From contig CM052816.1 in the NCBI GenBank assembly GCA_028534125.1, positions 101,806,001 to 101,866,000 of the forward strand: DNA of 60,000 nt, given 5' to 3'. The notes beneath the pieces are model-generated. The model ran no database searches. It saw nothing but the letters and a program-made list of their open reading frames with translations, and had not been told where the DNA came from. The translations under genes were made by a program, and so were the position numbers. This document shows positions 53,523-60,000 of this stretch, in pieces. This stretch comes from Lama glama (Eukaryota). The number at the start of each line of letters is the position of its first letter. The stretch's first letter is position 1.

Positions 53523-55982
53523 TCAACACCCACACCCCTGCCCACAGACCCCAGCCTCTTCCTCCACTGAGAACCACACGGTCATTGTGCAGTGACATCC
53601 GTCTCACACCGCGACCAGCAGCCCCTTCTGAGAGGGACAAGAGTAAATGGAGGCCAAGGCTGTGCTGGGAGCTGGAGGGCGACCACGTGAACCCACTAAG
53701 CTCACTCCAGCTCTGAGGGCTACACCACCAACCACAAGTCACCCTACAGGGTCTTCTGGGATGCAGCAGAGTTGACCTTCTTAAAAGCCTTCATTGATGA
53801 GTTTTACCAGGTTACTAACCGAGAAGTGAAGTTCTGAGTAACTCAGCTGCCCTGCGTTACTCATTACTAGAGAACGCTTCACAAGATAAGCCCTCACGAA
53901 GGTTCCCAATTAAACACAATGTCAACTAAAGGAAACAGGAGTTTAGCCGATGGACACCCCCACCCATCAGCACACTGACATCAGGACATCGAAGGCACGA
54001 GGAAGAAGCAAGGCCACCTCACACACACCAAAGCCCCTGGAGGGTCACCCAGGTCAGGCAGAGTCACCACCTCCACATTCAACTTACAGAGTGTCTCAGA
54101 AGGTCTCCAGCAGGGGATGGCTCCAACGCGGGAGGCCCAGGGCCACTCTAAGTGAGAACACCACTCTCCCCCTCCCTTCCCTCCTAATCCCACCACCTGT
54201 GTGACTGCCGTATCCTCACTTGTCCAGGAGACAAGATCCAGGTGCCAAAATGTTTCTACTGGTTTTCAGTCTTGCTGGAATCTTTCAAGGATATGTACAC
54301 CTATTGTCTGAGTGAATGCCACAGTTAATTACCTGTGTGAGCACTTCATCACTTTACTGAAAAAGAGTCAAACATGCAAACACCTGACTGTACTTTCCAG
54401 AGTGGTCAGCGTGCTCTATGCATCCTGTGCCTTGAATCCAGGACCCCCCTTCCCTGCAGCTGAGTAGGAGACAGGACTCTGACTCAGAAAAGAGAGACAG
54501 CAGGTGCTGGACGGGACCCCTCCTCACACCCAGCACCTGCGCCTGTAGGCAGTAAGACAGTGGCCCAGGCTGGGGCACAGAAACAGGGCAGTGTCCACCC
54601 AGCATGTGGACAGGAGGACTGGGGCAGTGCCTGTCCAGCCGTCGCCATGCAATAGTTTCCTGCCCAGACTAGGAAAGGACAGACGAGACATGGCAGCAGG
54701 GAAGGCTGAGGTCCAGAACCAGACAAGGCTCTGCTGGACACTGAGGCTCTCGGTCCAGGCCCGCCCCCTCAACACCGACAGCGGGGCCCTGCCTCAGCAG
54801 CAGTGTGAGGATCAGGGCGAGACGGGTGGAAACCCTGCCAGCCCGGGGACAGAAGTCCCTGGGGGACAGAGCGAGCCCTTAGGAAAGGCTCCTAAGAACT
54901 AGTGAGGCGCCTCGATGGCTTCGCCGTCACCCAAACCGGGGAGGAGAGGCGGAGGCCAGTCAGGGACTGGGGCGCCACCCGTGTCTACATGCAGCCAATG
55001 GCCCAAGAAAGGGGAGAGGCTGCTGCGGATCTGCTGGGACCCCGACTTGGCTGACCCAACCCTCAACAACGTAGCAAGGCCAGCTGCACTCCGAGGTCTA
55101 ATTCCAGGACCTGCGGTCTACGTCCTGCCCAAATCCTGACCCACACCTGGTGAGCTCACAACACAGACTTCCCAGGGCCCAGGGCCTCTAAGACGAGAAA
55201 GGAGAGAAACAGAAGACAGCCACAAAGCACGCCCAGAGAAAGCAGGCGAGGGGCACACACGGGAACTAAAATGTACTTCCCGTACGTTATTGAAATTTGA
55301 AACACCTGAACTACACTGTGATCTAACAGAAGGGCCAGCCAGTAGACGGCTGACAGAAATCCTCTCAAACAAATCAGAATCCTGGGGTGGTGACTGCGAG
55401 CCTTGACCATTTCAGTCCTTCCTCCACAAGTAAGAAACCCCAACTGCCCCTCAGGCCCATGAGGGCACGGGGACCTGGAGGCCCGCTGACCCGCTCTGGA
55501 AGGCACCACGTGGACACTGCTCACGGCGAGCAGGGCTCACAGGCAGGCCTGCCACGTGTGTGGCATGTGCACACATGCCAACGCGCACTTGAGAATGGGA
55601 GCCTCCGTGCAGCTCACAGGCCCGTCTCTGGGGGGCATTTTGCGCTCTTCCTGCGGGTTTCCACTTGTTAGGAGACATAAACTGCCCCCGCCGCTTCACA
55701 GTCACCTCTTCACTTTGAATTGTTTCAGAAGTCACATTCTCAGTGTGCTTGTGACGTCACTCCACTTCACAAAAGACAAACTACTGCATAGCCCTTGTCT
55801 CATTTTGGATGAAAAACCACATCAAAGACTCTAAATCAAATATAAGCCTTCATGATATAAACAGTATCAAAATATAAATCTGTGCAATCAAACAAGATTT
55901 TCAGAGACTATGTTAAAAATCATTAAGTTGCACAAAGTAAGAGACCCACTTCACGGCCCCAGGTTCCAAAGTGAAACAGCTA

Positions 55983-56543
<561 letters not shown>

Positions 56544-56978
56544 TTAGTAAAACCTGCCTTTCTTTAAAAAAAAACAAAAAACAAAACAGCCTAATTCCAA
56601 ATTCATTCAGGAAAGAACTTGTAACTCCATTTATATATAATTGCATACAAAATGGCTTAAGATGTATATATAAAACTCAGTCTGAATTCCTGCTACAGAG
56701 AAAATAATAAATCATTTGACCTCTTTTTAGGTAGTCTGAGTGTTCCTGGTTGGGTCAGAGGTACATCAAAGGTCAATGAAATTTCACATGAGCCACGCAA
56801 GACACGGACCATGTGTGGAACGCGCTGGTCCCGGAAGTACGTGACATCTTTAGAGTCAAGAAACTGAAAGGAAAGGTCAGTGAGGGCCGGGGAGGGCGGG
56901 ATGAAAGGGCCACGCCCCTGCAGCCAGAGTCCTGGGAGCAGGGTCGGGTACAGGCAGGACAGTGGTACCCATACTTAC

Positions 56979-57023
56979 ATATGATCGACCGGACAGTCAC
57001 TGGGTTAAATGGAGTCCACGTGC
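56979..57023 (-). CDS. PDCD6: PDCD6 (ALG-2) coding exon 3, 45 bp: (G)TWTPFNPVTVRSII(S)
   Basis: Minus strand reads tttctcag|GC ACG TGG ACT CCA TTT AAC CCA GTG ACT GTC CGG TCG ATC ATA T|gtaagt. Canonical AG/GT, phase 1 to phase 1. Peptide matches ALG-2 residues ~55-70. Exons 1-2 lie beyond the right edge. Confidence 0.97.
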
Positions 57024-60000
57024 CTGAGAAACAAACAGCAGCAGTTAAAGGAGGACAAGGAACCGGCCCCCAGTCAGTCACCCAGGAGCCAGAGACGGTA
57101 AGTGACGGGCTTTCAGCATGAAGACTCTGGGCCACAGGTCAGCCAGCGTCCTGTCCACCCAGACACTCAAGTCCCTCAGGTCAAGCCAGAAGCTCAGGGC
57201 TGTTCCTGAAGACCTGCACCGGGAAGCGCACCTTTTCCCTGTATAACCCAGAGACGACCATTTTAACAGTCACTAAACTCTCCAGGATACAGCCACCAGG
57301 CAGCCCAGAAGGTGGCACCTAGCTTTGTTAGGAATGTCACCAACTACCGTCTCACAAAATCCCACCCCCAGGGCACTACTGCTCCCACAACCAGGGTTCC
57401 CACCCTGTGCCCTGCAGCTACTGCATTCACAGCAGCTCTGCATATGGGGCGGGCAGTCCTGCCAGAACACGCTGAAAAGCACACCATAAAACCATGCTTC
57501 AAGTTCTTCTCCTAAACTTAGTCTGGGCATCAGACTATTTTCTCTGAAATCGTGAACGGTTAGGGTAGATTATTCCATGATTCCCTTCAGAATAGTAATG
57601 GGGACGTTGCCAGGTATTTGTTACAGAAGGAACTGTTGAATCTGACAGACTTGATAATTTAGAACCATTTATCAGCTGTGATGATGGAGTGTTCACCAGA
57701 TACCTTTACACCCGGGAACCTGTTTTCACAGTGGCTTACACCTTTATCAATTTTTATACCGAGAAAAAGAATGTAAAAACATTTTTTATGTGGAGGGAAA
57801 GCAGTGTCTCACCCTATCACCTATTTGTACAAAAACACCCCTTTTTTCTTCTCTACACAAATTGTTTCAGCTCTTGGTGGCACACAGACCCATCCCCGGA
57901 CCCCACACAAAGCAACAACCCCTTCCTACCTGGCCACAGTTGCTACTAAAGGTACCACCGACATGCTCACCAGACACGGCCCCTACACACACTCCTCTCC
58001 ACGCCCAGCGTGACCCCCAAACCCATGCACACCTTCATCCGAACCTCTGCCTCTCCTTAAGCCTCGGTTTGTAACAGGCTTCCTCAGGGGAGCCTTCCTG
58101 AGCGCCCCGAACACTGGCCCCCAAGTCACTCCATCTGCCCCGCCAGCACCCTCCCCCTCCCCTGCGGACCCCTGATTAGTAAGTGGGGCTGCCCTCCCTT
58201 CAAGGGCACCCGGGCACTGGGCCAGCATCTCCACACAGTTTTCACAGACGCTGGGGAAGAGCAGGCAGGAGCTCGTGCACAGCAGCATCACGGGAGGTCA
58301 GCATCACTGACGCCAGCGCACAAAGAAAACCGGGCTGCAGAGAACCCAGCAGGAAGAGGAGCATTCTGCAAGGAGAAAACGGCTTCTTCACCCACTTCTC
58401 ACTTTCCAGCTCCTCCCACGCTGACTGGTGTTTCCACAGAACGTAACCCACCACTGAGCAGAAGCCCGAGGAACCAAATGCAGCCACGAGACTCTTTCCC
58501 ATCTCCCTCCACCTCTGACATAGGCTGGGACCACATGGACAGGAGTCCTGAATGTTCACAGAACAGAGCTGCCTGTGCAGAGCTGGAGCGACTTCAGCGA
58601 CCCTGGACGCAGAGGCTGCACGCACCGTCCCTCCCAACTGTGAGCAGGGCATCACTGGCCGCATCAGCTAACGACTTGGCCAAACGAGTTTTAAATAGAA
58701 GCAATACAAGTGGAACAGTTAAAGGATGCCACAGACACAGGCACTTTTCATGTGAGCACCAAGCCCCCCTGCAGTGCAGAGATGGTGCCTGCTGAGAGGT
58801 GTGATCTGGAGGCACCAGGGGCCCTGGGGACAGCAGGGGTCCCAGGCTCAGGAGACCAACAGGTCGCCTCGGGCTGAGTCAAGGACAGAGAGAGGTGGCC
58901 TGTCTGGCAGGTGACCTGCAGGCTGGCGAACTACGGGAGGTGGAGGCAGGCTCCTGGTACACCCACTGGTCCTTCTTGTCACCCGAACGGGCCCCAGCTC
59001 TGCACAGAAACCATGGTAGTAACAACAGCCAACAGCTAGCTGACTGTTCATCGCGTACCAAGTCCTGCTGCCTGGTCCTCAGACTGAACACCAAAGCTTA
59101 ACAGCCCCTAACGAGGCAGGCATTTAAATACACTGGAGTGTCCGCCTGAAAATCTTCCGTGGTCTGTGAGAAAACACACACCACACCGCAGGGAAGCTGG
59201 AGCCCATGGCTCACAGGATGGGCAGCAGGAAGACTGCATCCACGAGCCTGCACCACCCATGACCCTCGCCCCAGATTTTCTGGGCCAGCCCCAGTGTCAC
59301 ACATTCTCGCCCGCCTTTCCCAGTAACCGACACACCTGGGAATGTCACAACTACAGCTCGCAAAAGATCTCCTGACAGACTTCCACTTGGAAATACATGG
59401 TCACTTCTGTAAATCTTGCCTCAATTTTACCTGCAAGAACCAAGGAAAACAGACACATACACAGTATTTTCCACGTAAACGGAGTACACAGAGCTATTTT
59501 CACCCATAATTTGGGGACGAATAGGCCACAGTTCCATGGGGGGAAGCAGTCACATCAGGATGCTCAGCATGTTCCTCTTTAACCCTCAGCACACAGGTGA
59601 CCTGAGGACTTTACATCCGACCCTCCTCAACGGGGGAAATCCTGCTCTGCGAGAATATATTCTTTCTTTCCATTCTCCAGTGGGTTTTCCTTCTTGAAAC
59701 TGTATCCTCCTGACCACTAACTCAGACTTCAGGAAGAGACAAAGGGCTGAGTCGTCACAGCACCCAGCTCACCCACATGGAAATACCTGACCACCTGGAA
59801 TCTCTGGGGGGGAGAATCAGACTTTTCGCAGCATCACTGATGATCTCCTTCCACTTCACTGCATCAGACCTGGGACTCCCAGCCCTCTGGGCATTTCTGC
59901 CAGAGAGGTCACATAGGAAGGTGTGTGAACAGTCCTGCAGGCCCACGTGGAATCTGCCAGGACACTGGTGCCTCTCAGGTTCCCGAGTTCCATGTCCAGC

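Noticed and set aside
57024..60000. PDCD6 exon 2 (VDKDRSGVISD...) within the window
   Set aside because: No matching frame found; this stretch is the distal part of intron 2.

Overview
Mammalian (not microbial) GC-rich genomic DNA. A camelid-type tRNA-derived SINE and camelid-like young L1 3' ends suggest alpaca, llama or camel. Two genes lie head-to-tail on the minus strand. (1) The 3' part of PDCD6 (ALG-2, penta-EF-hand protein): exons 3-6 at 57023-56979, 56164-56006, 53503-53394 and 51505-51407, with a poly(A) signal at 50967-50962. (2) The 5' part of AHRR (aryl-hydrocarbon receptor repressor): a CpG-island promoter with a non-coding first exon ending at a donor at 40545, then coding exons at 31815-31754, 25637-25456 (bHLH) and 8969-8863, continuing off the left edge. 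All exon phases join in frame with GT-AG boundaries. The rest is intronic or intergenic: many old L1 fragments, three younger L1 3' insertions with target-site duplications, MLT1/MaLR LTR pieces and microsatellites. Nearly all ORFs in the six-frame track are spurious GC-rich or L1-derived frames. The best candidate for something undescribed: the AHRR exon-2 acceptor lies 11 nt before the ATG, so a PDCD6 exon 3 or exon 4 to AHRR read-through splice would be in frame and could encode an EF-hand/AHRR fusion. As I recall, the human PDCD6-AHRR read-through is out of frame. Also notable: an inverted young L1 pair bracketing AHRR exon 1, a tight triple-XRE cluster in AHRR intron 3, a uORF in exon 1, the conserved tandem donor for ALG-2 deltaGF122, and a possible short L1 3' transduction. 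Comparisons with human sequences and repeat consensuses are from memory and were not computed; repeat boundaries are approximate.
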